Shown: positions 25,236 through 40,430, counted from the first letter of the stretch. The stretch is DNA of 64,000 bases from Octopus vulgaris (GCA_951406725.2 OX597815.1:30938001-31002000), one strand, 5' to 3'. Notes: a model not told the origin generated them from the letters alone. Translations and numbers: made by a program.

Positions 25236-26508
25236 TATTGGGTTGTCTGGAAAGTTCGTGCCGATTTTTAAAGGAAAGAAAAAGGTCAATAAATACTTGC
25301 CATTACACTTTTAATCATCCAAATATGAACAATTTTATTACACAATGCGTCTTCATCTTTCCTTTAACTTGAAATTTACCCTCTTCCCAGAATTGAGGTA
25401 GTTTCATGGCAAAGAATTCATAAAGGTATCTTTTTACGTCATCCAAGGAATTGAAATTCTTACCATTAAGACTATTCTGCAGAGACCTGAATAAGTGGAA
25501 AGCCGAAGGAGCAATATCTGGTGAATATGGAGGGTGGGGTAACACATCCCATCCGAGCTGCAGCAATTTTTGTCTGGTTCTTAAAGAAACATGCGGTCTT
25601 GCATTATCATGTTGGAGAACAACACCTTTCCTGTTGGCCAATTCCGGACGTTTCTCTTGAATTGCTGCTTTTAACTGGTCCAGTTGTGTGCAATATTTCT
25701 CAGAATTAATTGTCTGTTTACTTGGGAGAAGGTCATAGTACAGAATTCCTTTCCAATTCCACCAGACACAAAGCAAGACATTTTTTAGTGTGAAGACCCG
25801 CTTTTGGGGTGGCTAAAGGTGGTTCATGTCGATTACTCCAGAATCGCTATCTCTGAACATTTCGATAGATAATCCATTTCTCATCACCTGTCACAATTTG
25901 CTTTAAAAATGCGTTTTCATTCCGTTTATAAAGCGAATCACAGATGGAAATGCGATCCAAAAGGTTCACACTCAACCCATGTGGTACCCAATCATCGTAG
26001 CGATTTGTGTACCCAAGCTTTACCAGACGCTCATGAACGACGGATTTTGATAAGTTGAGGCTTTCTGCCAATTCCTGAGTTGTGCAATGTGGGTTAATCT
26101 CAATTAATGACTTGATTTAGTCCTCATCTGTAGTGGATGGTCTGCCTGATCGCTCTGTATCAATAAGGCTACGATCTCCAGCTCGGAACCTTGCGCATTT
26201 CTTCCGTAGAGTTCTTTCGGATAAAGAAACATCACCATAAACTGCGCATATTTCTTTGGTTGCTTGTGAGGCATTTTTCCCTTTACGGAAAAAGAAAAGC
26301 ATCAAGTGTCAAAAATGAACTTTCTTATCTTCAATTTTAAAGGGTTACAGAATTAACACAGGATATAGGAACATAAACCTTCTTCCACAAAAAAATAGCT
26401 TAAACTGTGCTTTAAATGGAGGTGTAGTCAAATTTTATGGACTCAACAATGTTCTAAAATAAGTCGAAAGTTAAGCTATTATAAGTTGGCATGAACTTTC
26501 CGGACAAC
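25236..26508 (-). mobile_element. Mariner (DD34D) DNA transposon, near full-length and inactive
   Basis: TIRs gttgtc(t/c)ggaaagttc(g/a)tgcc at 25242-25262 and 26488-26508. Transposase in at least 3 frameshifted pieces with WVPHGL, VTGDEKW, HDNARPH, YSPDIAPSAFHLF (third catalytic D->A). Confidence 0.95.
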
Positions 26509-26524
26509 GTCCGAGTCAGACGCC

Positions 26525-26704
26525 ATAATAGATCGTTAGCTACTGCACACATTTTTTCTCTCCTTGTTTTTTCTGTGTACCTTTCTGTAGAAGAGCGTAG
26601 GCTCGAAACGTAAAAGACTTTTTCTATTCCTGAGCGCTATACTAATACATCTGTTTGTTTGTACACCACCTGCCTTCGTCTTTTGTTTATTTCGTAGACA
26701 TTCC

Positions 26705-26706
<2 letters not shown>
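26525..26706 (+). mobile_element. Short repeat with hammerhead-like motif (26581-26616); same family as 16213-16405
   Basis: cttt-CTGTAGA-a-gagc gtag gctc-GAAA-cg-TA-aaag; ends at (TA)n. Confidence 0.68.
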
Positions 26707-26752
<46 letters not shown>

Positions 26753-27421
26753 GTATGTGTGCTTGTGTTTGTGCATTCACAAAGAGCGAAACCGTGTAAA
26801 ATTGATTAAAAGAGACAGGAGGAGCGAAGTTTTATTTACATCTCCAAAATCGTTCGCCATCCGAACAATCAATATTGGTTTCATGTTCCGGTTCCGGCAC
26901 ACAAGAGCAATAATTTTAGGAAAGAGGTTTAAGATAACATAGAGTACGGTGCTCAACCGCTACTTTCATTCTCGAACTCGAAAGGATGAATGATAAAGTC
27001 GACGTCAGCGAAATACGAACTGCGAACTTAATTAGCCGGAGGAAATGTTGATAAATATAATGGCCGACGTGATAACAATTCTGCCAATTCGCCGCCTTCA
27101 TTCGGACAATCAATGCTGAAACGAAAATTCAATTCTACATCCTTGGAATGGTCTATATGACAAGAATGGCTAGAAGTGCTTGAAGAAATAATCTGTAATT
27201 ATGCATTTAGCAGATAATTTTGGATAAACTGCTTAGCAGTTTAATCTCGTGTGGTTTTGAAACAATGAAAATTAGAAGCATACGGATATTCTAATGAAAG
27301 TGCACACAAGCACATACGGACACACACACACACACACAAACGTATGTATGTAAGGATGGATGTGTGTGTGTGTATATATATATAAATATATAAATATATA
27401 TTATATATATATATATATATA

Positions 27422-27810
27422 TAGGCGTAGGAGTGGATGTGTGGTAAGTAGCTTGCTTACCAACCACATGGTCCCGGGTTCAGTCCCACTGCGTGGCTTC
27501 TACTATAGCCTCGGGCCGATCAAAGCCTTGTGAGTGGATTTGGTAGACGGAAACTGAAAGAAGCCCGACGTATATATGTATATATATATATGTATGAGTG
27601 TGTTTGTGTGTCTGCGTTTGTCCTCCCAACATCGCTTGACAACCGATGCTATTGGTGTGTTTACGCCCCCGTAACTTAGCGGTTCGGCAAAAGAGACCGA
27701 TAGAATAAGTACTAGGTTTCCAAAGAATAAGTCCTGGGATCGATTTGCTCGACTAAAGGCGGTGCTCCAGCGTGGCCACAGTCAAATGACTGAAACAAGT
27801 AAAAGAGTAT
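27422..27810 (+). mobile_element. SINE family A
   Basis: Homology to 12447-12898; both ends lie in (TA)n. Confidence 0.92.
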
Positions 27811-27941
27811 ATATATATATATATACATACAGACAAACACAGATATATATACATATAATATGTACATATGTTTCGTTTTGAAATATATATGCATTGAGTT
27901 CTAACACCAGGTTTTTATTATTACTATGCCTCAGTGAAATG

Positions 27942-28000
<59 letters not shown>

Positions 28001-28004
28001 TGTC

Positions 28005-28225
28005 TTATTCTTTTATTTGTTTCAGTCATTTGACTTCGGCCATGGTCGAGCACCGCTTTTAGTGGTACAAATCGACCCCAGGACATATTCTTAGTAAGCC
28101 TAGTACTTATTCTATCGGCCTCTTTTACCGAAACTCTAAATTACGGGGACGTAAACACCCCAACAACGGTTGTCAAACGATGATGGGGAAACAAACACAG
28201 ACACACATACAGTCACATAAACACA

Positions 28226-28321
<96 letters not shown>

Positions 28322-28478
28322 CGACGGGTTTCTTTCAGTTTCCGTCTCCCAAACCCACTCACGAGACTTTGGTCGGCCCTAGGCTATAGTAGAAGACACT
28401 TGCCCAAGGTGCCACGCAGTGTGACTGAACCCGGAACTATGTGGTTGGTAATCAAGTTCTTGACACTTAACCACTCCT
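28005..28478 (-). mobile_element. SINE family A
   Basis: Tail, body, microsatellite and head present; diverged. Confidence 0.88.
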
Positions 28479-28668
28479 AAAGTATAGGTATTTATATGTT
28501 TATCATTCTTGTCATATTTTGTCGTGTTTTTCTCTGTACACAATTCGTATTTTGGTATGGCATTCCGCTTTCATGTCATATTTAGATTCACTGGACATTT
28601 TCGCATTCTTGGATGTAAATGTTTTGATATATCTGAAAACACAAACACAACTGCAGACATATTCATAT

Positions 28669-28733
<65 letters not shown>

Positions 28734-29175
28734 CATACATGTACTTATATGCATATACGTGTGTAAATATATATATATGTATGCATATGTATGTATATAT
28801 ATGCATGTGTCTGTGTATTATTATTGTATTAGCTAAATCTGCTTTTTAAATTTAAATCCGGATTGTTGTGCACTTTAATGTAAAATTCACAAAGCTTTCG
28901 TATATGAATGCACGATATTTCAAAATTTACAATATGACTGAAGTTTTAGTTTATGGCGACGATAGCGTATGTACGTATATACCATGAGTAATGTTATTAT
29001 GTTGTTCTATTTGTGCCTCCTAGAGAAGGTAAGAGATCCGTGTATAATATCTATGACCTGAGAGTAGGTACTATGCTACTGGTTGCCACCAAGACAATTA
29101 TGTGTCTAGGGATTTATATATGGGTTTAGTATGTGTGTGTGTGTGTGTGCAGGTATATATATATATATATATATA

Positions 29176-29408
29176 CCGGAGTAAACACATGAATGTGAAA
29201 CAAGGTGGAAAAAAAGAGTACTCAAATACCAGGGGTAGAGTAATATGCTTTATTTAAAGGGCAGCAGAAATTCAACAAAATCTGTTACTCGGAGTTTCAC
29301 GTTCCCGTTCGTCGGACAGTTCGGACAGTTTTAACTGTCCGACGAACGGGAACGCGAAACTCCGAGTAACAGGTTTTGTTGCATTTCTGCTGCTTTTTAA
29401 ATAAAGTA
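29176..29408 (-). mobile_element. Fold-back element with about 75-bp inverted arms, each carrying a hammerhead motif (29282-29319 minus; 29335-29372 plus), within (TA)n
   Basis: ctgt-CCGACGA-acg ggaa cg(t/c)-GAAA-ctc c gag-TA-acag; the left arm has an extra extension of about 70 bp. Confidence 0.82.
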
Positions 29409-29434
29409 TATATATACATATATATTAATATATG

Positions 29435-29583
<149 letters not shown>

Positions 29584-30382
29584 CACGCACGCATATGTGT
29601 CTGTGTGTGTCTTTATGCTTGTGATTATTTCCCACCGCCACTTCATAACTAGTACTGGTTTGTTTACGTCCTCGTAAGCTACATTGCGGCATATGTAGCC
29701 GATAGATTAAGCAACAAGGTTTTAGAAGAGTACTAGAGTCGATTCTTTCGTTGAAAGATTCTTCAAAGTGGTGCACCGGCATGGCCGCAGTCTAACGAAT
29801 GAAACAAAGAAAAGAAAAATTATATATATTTCCTTTATGCCAGCACAAGCGTATATATGTTTGCGCACGCGCATGCCCTGGAGGAATTTTTCTCAGTGAC
29901 TTTTTGTTATGTTTTTGTATATGCACTGATTCAGGCTGAGTTTACTTCATTCATCGATTCTAGATTTATTTTTCCCTGGGATGATCTCCATCCTCCTTTT
30001 TCATACTGACATCAGCTTCCTGAAAATGACACTGTGCATCCTCCTTAGCCTCAGTTTCTGTGTGTCCTGCGCTTCTTCCTCAGCTGGCTTCAAAGTCTGT
30101 TATAACTGTGACCGTTCTCTTGTTCACCAACTGTCGCCTAGCTCTTCATTAGAGAAACGGCTGCAAATACATTTCGTTGAAAGAGACCTCTTTGAGGCCA
30201 CTAGAGCTGCTGGAAAGATCAATCAAAATTTCCATAACATAACACTTCACGTTTTTTGAAAATGTAACGTTTTAGACATATTGTTTGAAGAAAAGCTGGT
30301 CATGTCTAGAACTCTTTTCGTGATACATGTAATTGGTAATAACAGAACTTAAGCAAAATAACAATAACAAGTAAGAATAATA

Positions 30383-30498
<116 letters not shown>

Positions 30499-31781
30499 AT
30501 AAATTTTAAAAAACACAAACTGGGACAAGAACGCAAAACATTTAGAAGACGATACAAAAAAGCGATTCGAAGCCTTCGATCTTCAGTCAAAAACTGGATC
30601 ATCTTTGCAATTTCGGCTGATTAATTTTGAGATTGCTCCGACCTGGCCAGCCCCAAAGGAAAATTTAAGCCAAGCGCCTTAGATTCCTTGGAAGAAAGCC
30701 TCGAATGTATACAAAACAAGGACGGGAACGGATAAGAATACAAAAATACGTAAAAACAATAATGATAATAATAATAACAAAAAATATGAGCAATAAAAGA
30801 TATGGAGTATTAGTAAAGATTATATAACATTAATGAATGAACTCAAAATTATTCAAACACGTATTTCTGGTGAACGCACGACGTTTTATCAGCTCCGTAA
30901 GCAAATAACATAGCTTTTAGTTGATCTCTAAGATTGCTAGAAATGGCAATAGCAGCGAAATATCCTTTATCACACCTTGTTAAAAAATAAAAGGGTATAT
31001 TTTGCAACGTTGTAGATAATCGACTTAGAATTGCTAAAATATTTTAGGTCGTTGGTTAGTTGTATCACGTGTTGCAGTGGGCTAAATGTACTGCGAATAC
31101 TTCATTCTATGGGATATGAGTGAAGACATTTGGTATAATTTTCTAGGGTAATGGGTCAGATCACGAGTTCTATTCAAAGACTGGACTGTGCGTTGTGTCT
31201 TTCATCAAGGCACTTCATTTCGCTTTACTTTAGCTCAAAAAGAATAGCAGTGGCGCATGAGACTTAACCTTGGAGCAAACTAGCGACTCTGTCGGGAATG
31301 AATCTTACACTCGCAGCTTAAACAGTTTTATAATCTGAAGAATAAGATCCGAACTCATGACCTTTGTAGTCTCGTAGCATAAAGAACATAGCATATAACT
31401 AACAAACGGCCCATGGTTGAAACGACATTGATAATGTTTTTGTTGGGTCGGGGTTAAAGTAAGTAAACAACAACAGCAAAGGCAACAACAACAACAACGA
31501 GAGCAACAAAAAGAACAGCAACAGCAGCCTCAAAAATAAAAAAAGTTGTTTAATATATTTTTCTGTGTTTTCTGTCTGTTTTTTTTTTTTTTTCTATATC
31601 TGTTATCGAATACTTGAAACGTTCACGTTTTGCTTGTTTGCTTTTAAAGCTCTGTTAAAGGTGTAAAGACAGAATATTGAAAAAAATGTCTTTTGAAATA
31701 TTCGATGTTTTTTTTTTTTTAATGTCTATCTATATTTTTTCTAGACACATACATTCATAAATACACACACACATAAATACA

Positions 31782-31817
<36 letters not shown>

Positions 31818-31856
31818 TATATGTACAGAGAGAGAGACACTAATATATATATATAT

Positions 31857-31935
<79 letters not shown>

Positions 31936-32279
31936 ACACACACATACACATATGTATACTTATACTTATAAAAGTTATATCAGTGTGTGTGCATGCATAT
32001 ATATATATATATATATGGACGTATGTATGAATTCGGTTAGTTAAATGAGTTAAATATTTTTTTCGATTACAAATTTGTTTGGTTCCTGTGTATGTAGTTA
32101 AGTTAAAAATTTACTTGATTAGTTGGCTGTAACCATCTCGAAGTCCAGACACACACACTCGCTCGTGTACACACACACACACATACACATATCTGTGTGT
32201 GTAAGTGACTCTATGCGTGTGATTCTATGTCTGTACTTGTGTACAAATATATGGAAATACACACGATGCGCGCGCGCGC

Positions 32280-32710
32280 ACACACACATGCATACATACA
32301 TACATAAACACACACACGCATAGATACATACATACACACATACATACATGCATACATACATACATAAACACATACATACATACATTCATATATACATACA
32401 TACATACATACATACACACACGCATACATACATACATACATACACACACATACATACATACATAAACACACACACACATACATACATACATACACACATA
32501 CATACATACATACACACACGTACATACACACATAGATACATAATACATACATACATACACACATACATACATTCATACATACGTACATACATACACAGAC
32601 ACATACATACATACATACATACATACATACATACATACATACATACATACATACATACATACATACATACATACATACATACATGAATACATACATACAT
32701 ACATAAACAC

Positions 32711-32741
<31 letters not shown>

Positions 32742-33110
32742 CATACACACACACACATACATACACGCGTACATACATACATACACACATACATATATAC
32801 ATTCATACATACATAGATACATACATAGACACATACATACATACATACATACACACATACATACATACATTCATACATACGTACATACATACACACATAT
32901 ACATACATACGTACACACATACATACGTACATACATACACACATACATACATACATACATACATACATACATTCATACATACGTACATTCATACATACGT
33001 ACATACATACACACATACATACATACATAATACATACATACATAAACACTTACATACATACATACATACATATACACACACATACATACATACATACACA
33101 CACACATACA

Positions 33111-33141
<31 letters not shown>

Positions 33142-33171
33142 GCATACATACATACACACACACATACACAC

Positions 33172-33202
<31 letters not shown>

Positions 33203-33253
33203 CATACATACATACACTCATACATACATACATACATACATACATACATACAT
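32280..33253. repeat. About 1-kb degenerate (CATA)n/(CA)n array
   Basis: Seen directly. Confidence 0.96.
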
Positions 33254-34049
33254 AGATTTTTCTCATTTCCGAAGCCTACAATAGAATAAGTTTTTTACTG
33301 CTTCTCTTATCTAATTTTCTTCCAAGAAAAGCAAAACAAAATAATTAAATATAAAATAAATGGACGAAGACGACGAAAAAGAAGCGGGAAATGCTAAATC
33401 TCTTCTTTTAATCTCCTCTATTCAGTTATCTTTTGATAGCCTTCTTCTTCTTCTTCCGACTTTATTAATCTGTTTTTTAGTCACCCGCACCCCTCACTAC
33501 GAGTTCCTTCTACCACTACATTCGTCACTATCTTACTCTTTTGTTATCAGTAAAGTCTATTTTTTTCCACCCCGACCCTTTAGATTTTAGTTTTATTTTA
33601 TTTTATTTTATTTATTTGTTTATTTATTTATTTATTTTTTTACCTAACCCTAACATGAAATGCCTCTCCATTGCAGCAACATTCATCTCAGGGCGCCGTT
33701 CTTACTCGGGATGGTTGGAGAAAACCTGGAGGAGGAGAAGGAGGAGAAGTAGGAGGAAGAGAGGAGAAGTGAGGATGGATGAAGGAATACTGATGATAAG
33801 AAAATGCATAAACAGATGAAGAAGACGATGAAGAAAGAGAAGACGTACAAGGGAAGGAACCAAAATATACAGATTAGTAGTAGTGGTGGTGGTGGAGGTA
33901 GTAGTAGTAGTAGTAGTAGTAGGGAAAGTATGAACCCTTTTCGTTTCCCCACCCCTAGCGTATACTCTGTAACTCCACCCATTATTCGAGCATTTTTTTC
34001 TACAATGTCTCTCATTCGCTGCCCTTGCGGTAAATGAAGAAATCATTAT

Positions 34050-34760
34050 CACTAGCTGGCAGAATCGTTAGCACACCGGGCAGCATTTTGTCCGTCTTTA
34101 TGTTCTGAGTTCAAATACTGTCGAGTTCGACTTTGCCTTTCATCCTTTTCGGGGGTCGATAAATTAAATACTTGTTGAGTACTAGAATCGATGTAGACGA
34201 CTTAGCGCCGGCCCCCAAAAAACAGGCCCTGTGCCTTTAGCAGAAAGAATTATTACGCTTATTATTAAAGCATCGAACTGGCAGAATACTTAGTCTGCCG
34301 GACAAAATGATTAGCGGAATTTCGTCCGACTTTAAGTTCTGAGTTCAAATTCTGCCGAGGTCAACTTTGCCTTTCATCCTTTCAGTGTCGATAAAACAAG
34401 TACCACGTGAGCACTTGGGTTGATGCAATCGACTTACTTCCTCCTCCGACATTGCTGGCCTTGTGCCAAAATTTGAAATCACTATTATTACTAAGTCTGC
34501 GAATTGGTAGAATCGTTTCTACACCGGGCAAGATGCTTAACGGCATATCGTCCATCTTGAAATTTCACCGAGGTCGACATGTACTTCATCGTTTCGAGGT
34601 TGATAAAATAAAGTACCTGTTGAGTATTGGGGCCGATATAATCTACTAGCTCCCATACCCCATAATAGAAAGAATTTTTATTATTCTTAAGTGGAGAGCT
34701 GACGGAATCGTTAGCATGCCGTCGCAGTGTTTTGTCTGAGTTAGTGAGTTGGAAGTGTAT
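34050..34760 (+). mobile_element. Head-to-tail cluster of 3-4 old SINE B variants (tail ...ggccttgtgcc...agaaagaattatta)
   Basis: Repeated ggcagaatcgttagca...gttctgagttcaaat...gcctttcatccttt...gtcgataaa units. Confidence 0.8.
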
Positions 34761-35419
34761 ATGTTCCTTGAGAGCACCGTTTTTGTTTAACCGTTAATTA
34801 TTGAATTGTTGGATTGTTGTTATCTGTTGAACTTGTTACCGTTTTAAAATTTTCTTCCCCATTTACGGGTGAAGTGGTGAATAACATAGAAAGAAAAGAG
34901 AAGAAAACGTTAATTCACCACCCAAAGTCCACAGAAAAAGAGAAAAGAAAATATATAGGAGAATCAATGGGAAAGACCAGAGATACAAAAAAAGGAAAAT
35001 TACGGGGGAGATAAGAAGTGCGCAGAAAGAAAAGGAAGAGAGAAGAGAGATAGCCACAACAAAGTGTAAGAGAGATACAGAGAAGGATGAGACACGAATA
35101 CCAGGAATATCAGGAGAGAATAACGACGGGAAACGAGAGTTGGTAACAAAAGGAAAACACACTCGAATAATGATAACCTATAAAAAGAGTGTAGAGATCG
35201 AGAGGAAGATTATAAAAATGAAAAATGTAATTAGAGTCAAGTTATCAGGGAGGGAGAGTACCGAGGACGACAGGACGGTCTTGCTCGAGAGAGAAGGAGA
35301 CGTGAAAGGTTAAAGGAACTATTTGGTGAAAAAAATTGAAATATCGCCGTTCAACGTTCGATACGACAAGATGCCGCCAGTGGTGGTATTTGTAGATATA
35401 ATACAATATTTACCATGAA

Positions 35420-35633
35420 GGCGGCGAGCTGGCAGAAACGTTAGCACGCCGGGCGAAATGGGTAGCCGTATTTCGTCTACCTTTACGTTTTGAGTTCAAA
35501 TTCCGCCGAGGTCGACTTGCCTTTTATCCTTTCGGGGTTGATAAATTAAGTACCAGTTACGTAGTAGGGTCGATATAATCGACTTAATCCGTTTGTCGTC
35601 TCTGTGTTTAGCCCCTTGTGGGTAGTGAAGAAA
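35420..35633 (+). mobile_element. SINE family B with 27-bp TSD
   Basis: tagatataat(a/g)caatatttac(c/t)atgaa at 35393-35419 and 35634-35660. Confidence 0.9.
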
Positions 35634-36959
35634 TAGATATAATGCAATATTTACTATGAAAGTAAGTGAAATACTTAGAATTTCAAAATAAGGACTTCTA
35701 AAACAAAGAAAAAAACGATGCAAAATAAGAATAGTGAACTGTAAAGTTAATACGTGATACATAAACAGTAAAATGGAACTACCTGCTTTGGGGGGTTAGG
35801 AAAGCCATTTCATTCTCATTGTCATTATATCACAATTCATAGGCTATGTGTTCTATGTACCCTAATGTATTGTTTTGTCTTTTCTCTACTGAGGCCTTGT
35901 GCCTAATTAAAGAAATCAGAATCGTTAGCACGCAGAGCAAAAAGCTAAGCAGTCTTTCTTCCGTTTTTGTTCTGAGTTCAAATGTCGATGAGGTCGACGT
36001 ATCTTTTATCCTTTCGGAGTCGATAAAATATAGTACCAGTTGATCATTTGGTCAAAGTAATCCTTCAAAATTACTTGCCATGTGCTTACAAAAGAATGAA
36101 TTATTACTCTTATTGTTATTTACAGAATCGCAAGAGCATCCATCAAAATACTTTGTGCTATTTAGTTATGGTCCTATAAGATACGAGTTCAATTCCTGCT
36201 GAGGTTAACTTTTCTTTCCATCTTCCAAGAATCGATAAATTATTCAATACCAGTCAAAAACTTGAATCGACTTAGTAGACCATTTTTGCTCCTGGTCTTC
36301 TGTCTATCCGAGAGATCATTATTATCTGCAGAATCGTTACAACTAGGTAATAATTCGTTACGGTCTTGTACGTTTTGAATTCAAAATCTTGCCTTGGTTC
36401 TCATTGACTTCCTTCGGGGGAAGATGTAATAAAGTTCTAGGAATATACTGGGATTAATATAAACGATTGTTTCCTCAAAACCTTTTTGGCCTTATATCTT
36501 TATAACAAAAAAAGTGTTATAGCTAACGATCAACGGATGTCAGTGAAATCTGGGAAAGGGTGCCGTCGAGATCGATCTTGTTTTTCATCCTTTCGGGGTC
36601 AGTAAAATAAATACTAGTTGAGCACTGGGGTCGACGTAATCGACTTACCACCCTCACCTCCTCATCCGAAATTATTTGCCGTGTGCCAAAGTTTGAAATC
36701 ATTACTAGTGGCAGCAGAATGATCATTTAGCTGTGACATTAGAACTTCGGTTAAAATTATTACTTTTATTTGTTCCGGTTTTTATGTTCTGAGTTCAAAT
36801 CTGGCTGAGATCCTTTCATACTTGCAGCGTCTATAAAGTAAAGAACCAACCTAGTATTGGTGTTAATTTCATCTGTTAAAGAATATCCTCAGAACTAATT
36901 ACCTTACACTCCAATTAAAATTTTAAACTATTTATTTGTTTCGGGGCAATGAATGTTAG

Positions 36960-37610
36960 TATTCTTTTCTACTCTAGGCACAAAGACCGAAATTTTGGGT
37001 GAGGGGGTCATTCGATTAGATCGACACAGTACGCAACTGGTACTTAATTTATCGACTCCGAAAGGATGAAAGGCAAAGTCGACCTCGGCGGAATTTGAAC
37101 TCAGAACGTAACGGCAGACGAAATACCGCTAAACATTTCGCCCAGCGTGCTAACGTTTCTTATTTCTTTATTGCCCATAAGGGGCTAAGCACAGAGGGGA
37201 CAAACAAGGGCAGACAAATGGATTAAGTCGATTACATCGACCCTAGTGCGTAACTGGTACTTATTTAATCGACCCCGAAAGGATGAAAGGCAAAGTCGAC
37301 CTCGACGGAATTTGAACTCAGAACGTAACGGCAGACGAAATACCGCTAAACATTTCGCCCAGCGTGCTAACGTTTCTTATTTCTTTATTGCCCACAAGGG
37401 GCTAAACACAGAGGGGACAAACAAGGACAGACAAATGGATTAAGTCGATTACATCGACCCTAGTGCGTAACTGGTACTTATTTAATCGACCCCGAAAGGA
37501 TGAAAGGCAAAGTCGACCTCGGCGGAATTTGAACTCAGAACATAACGGCAGACGAAATACCGCTAAGCATTTCGCCTGGCGTGCTAACGTTTCTGTCAGT
37601 TCACCACCTT
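36960..37610 (-). mobile_element. Tandem trimer of SINE B
   Basis: Period about 218 bp; on the minus strand each tail (...gggcaataaagaaataa) runs directly into gaaacgttagcacg of the next head. Confidence 0.9.
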
Positions 37611-37792
37611 AATGAATGTTAGTCTTGTCCATATCATTAGACTGTTTATTTGATTAATGAATAAAATGTATGCTCTTCTTATAGTCGTTATTGCTGCTGG
37701 TGGTCGTAGTTATAGCACTGGCGATGAAGATGGTAATGTTGATGTTGTGGTGGTGATTCGGTAGAATTACTGGTGTTGGGGTTATTAGAGAT

Positions 37793-37823
37793 TGCAGCAG
37801 CAGCAGTTGAAGTAGTAGTAGTT

Positions 37824-37872
<49 letters not shown>

Positions 37873-37898
37873 GAGCAGAAGCAGCAGCAGCAGCAGTG

Positions 37899-37952
<54 letters not shown>

Positions 37953-38150
37953 CTGACGGCGGAATATGCAAAGGAGACGCAGAAGGAGAATGTTAATAGA
38001 TTGTAGGAATGAGAAGAAGAAGAAGAAGAAGAAGAAGAAGAAGAAGAAGAAGAAGAAGAAGAAGAAGAAGGAGAAGAAGAAGAAGAAGAAGAAGAAGAAG
38101 AAGAAGGAGGAGAAGAAGAAGAAGAAGAAGAAGAAGAAGAAGAAGAAGAA
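37793..38150. repeat. (TAG)n/(CAG)n and (GAA)n trinucleotide arrays
   Basis: Seen directly. Confidence 0.95.
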
Positions 38151-38801
38151 AGGGAAAGGGAAATACGAAGAAATATGAAGAAAGAAAAAAGACATATACA
38201 AAACAGACATAAGAAGGAATAAGTCGACGACGACGACGATTATGATGACAACGACGAGGGTGGTAGTGGTAGTGGTAGTGGTAGTGACGAAGAAGTAGAA
38301 GCAGAGAGAAGAAGAAAAAAAAAAAGGAAGGAGTGAAGATGATGAGAATGCGATATGTTTGAAAGGATAGGAGAGATGGTACAAACAGATCTGATGTAGT
38401 CTCACGAAGAAACCGCTCCGACGGCAACGATGCGAAACTTTTCTCGCCCACCTCCCGCCCTTTCACACTTTCCTACGTTCTTATATGATGTCCTACACGT
38501 TATGTATGTGTTGGGGGCTCGGGCTCATGTTGTTGGTGCTGTTGATGATGTCTGTGCGGCTGTGACTGCTTGCCTGCCCGTGAGTGCGCTTGCGTATGTG
38601 TCTATATATACAATATAAGGAGATATATATATTGAAGTTTATACAGCGCACATATAAATATATGTACATGTCTATTTCCCTACCTATACAGGTTTTATAT
38701 GCACGCGCGCGCATACACGGACACGCGCGCGAACATACATTATACTCAGATATGTTTCCGTCTGAAATGGGCCACACTATGACTAACTTAATAGCGCTAC
38801 C

Positions 38802-39720
<919 letters not shown>

Positions 39721-40029
39721 ATCACTCATTATTTGAGTGAATATCTGTCGTGCTGTCCTTCGATTTTGATTTATTTATTTTTTTGTGGTTTTAGTTGGTG
39801 TTTTTCTTTTGCGTGATTTTATCTATTTCTTTTTCTTTCTTTTTTTTTTGGGGGGGGGGTATTTTCAAACCCTTAAATTATTGGTTTTCGTTGCATGTTC
39901 TTCAGGACGGGAGAACGCCACCCATGACATATCAATTCTTTTAATCTTCTTTTGAGTCTCAAGAGTTGAGAACTGTCTGGAATAGTTGCTACCTCGATGA
40001 GGGGGTATAGAGGGAGTGCAAACGGACGA

Positions 40030-40108
40030 GAGAGAGAAGGAGAGAGAAAGAGTCTGATAGACAGAGAAAACCAGACAGACAGATAGATAAATAGATAGAT
40101 AGATAGGA

Positions 40109-40140
<32 letters not shown>

Positions 40141-40430
40141 AAGTAGAGAGTGAGAGAAGTAGAGAGTGAGAGAAGGAGAGAGAGAGAAAGAGTGCGAGAG
40201 AGAAGTAGAGAGTGAGAGAGAGAGAAAGATTGCGTGAGAGAAGTAGGGAGTAAGAGAGAGAGAGAGAAAGAGTGCGTGAGAGAAGGAGAGAGTGAGAGAG
40301 AAAGAGTCTGATAGACAGAGAAAACCAGACAGACAGATATATAAATAGATAGATAGACAGATAGAGAGAGATGGAGAGAGAGAGAGAGAGAGAGCGAGAG
40401 GAGAGAGTGAGAGAGAAAGAGAGAGATGAC
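40030..40430. repeat. GA-rich/GATA low-complexity tract with internal duplication
   Basis: gaaagagtctgatagacagagaaaaccagacagacagata occurs at about 40046 and 40300. Confidence 0.9.

Noticed and set aside
29981-30259. 92-aa ORF with a signal-peptide-like start
   Set aside because: No homology recognised; more likely decayed retroelement sequence.
36960-37610. Regularly spaced repeats considered as CRISPR-like
   Set aside because: Units are whole SINE copies without unique spacers; eukaryotic context and no cas genes.
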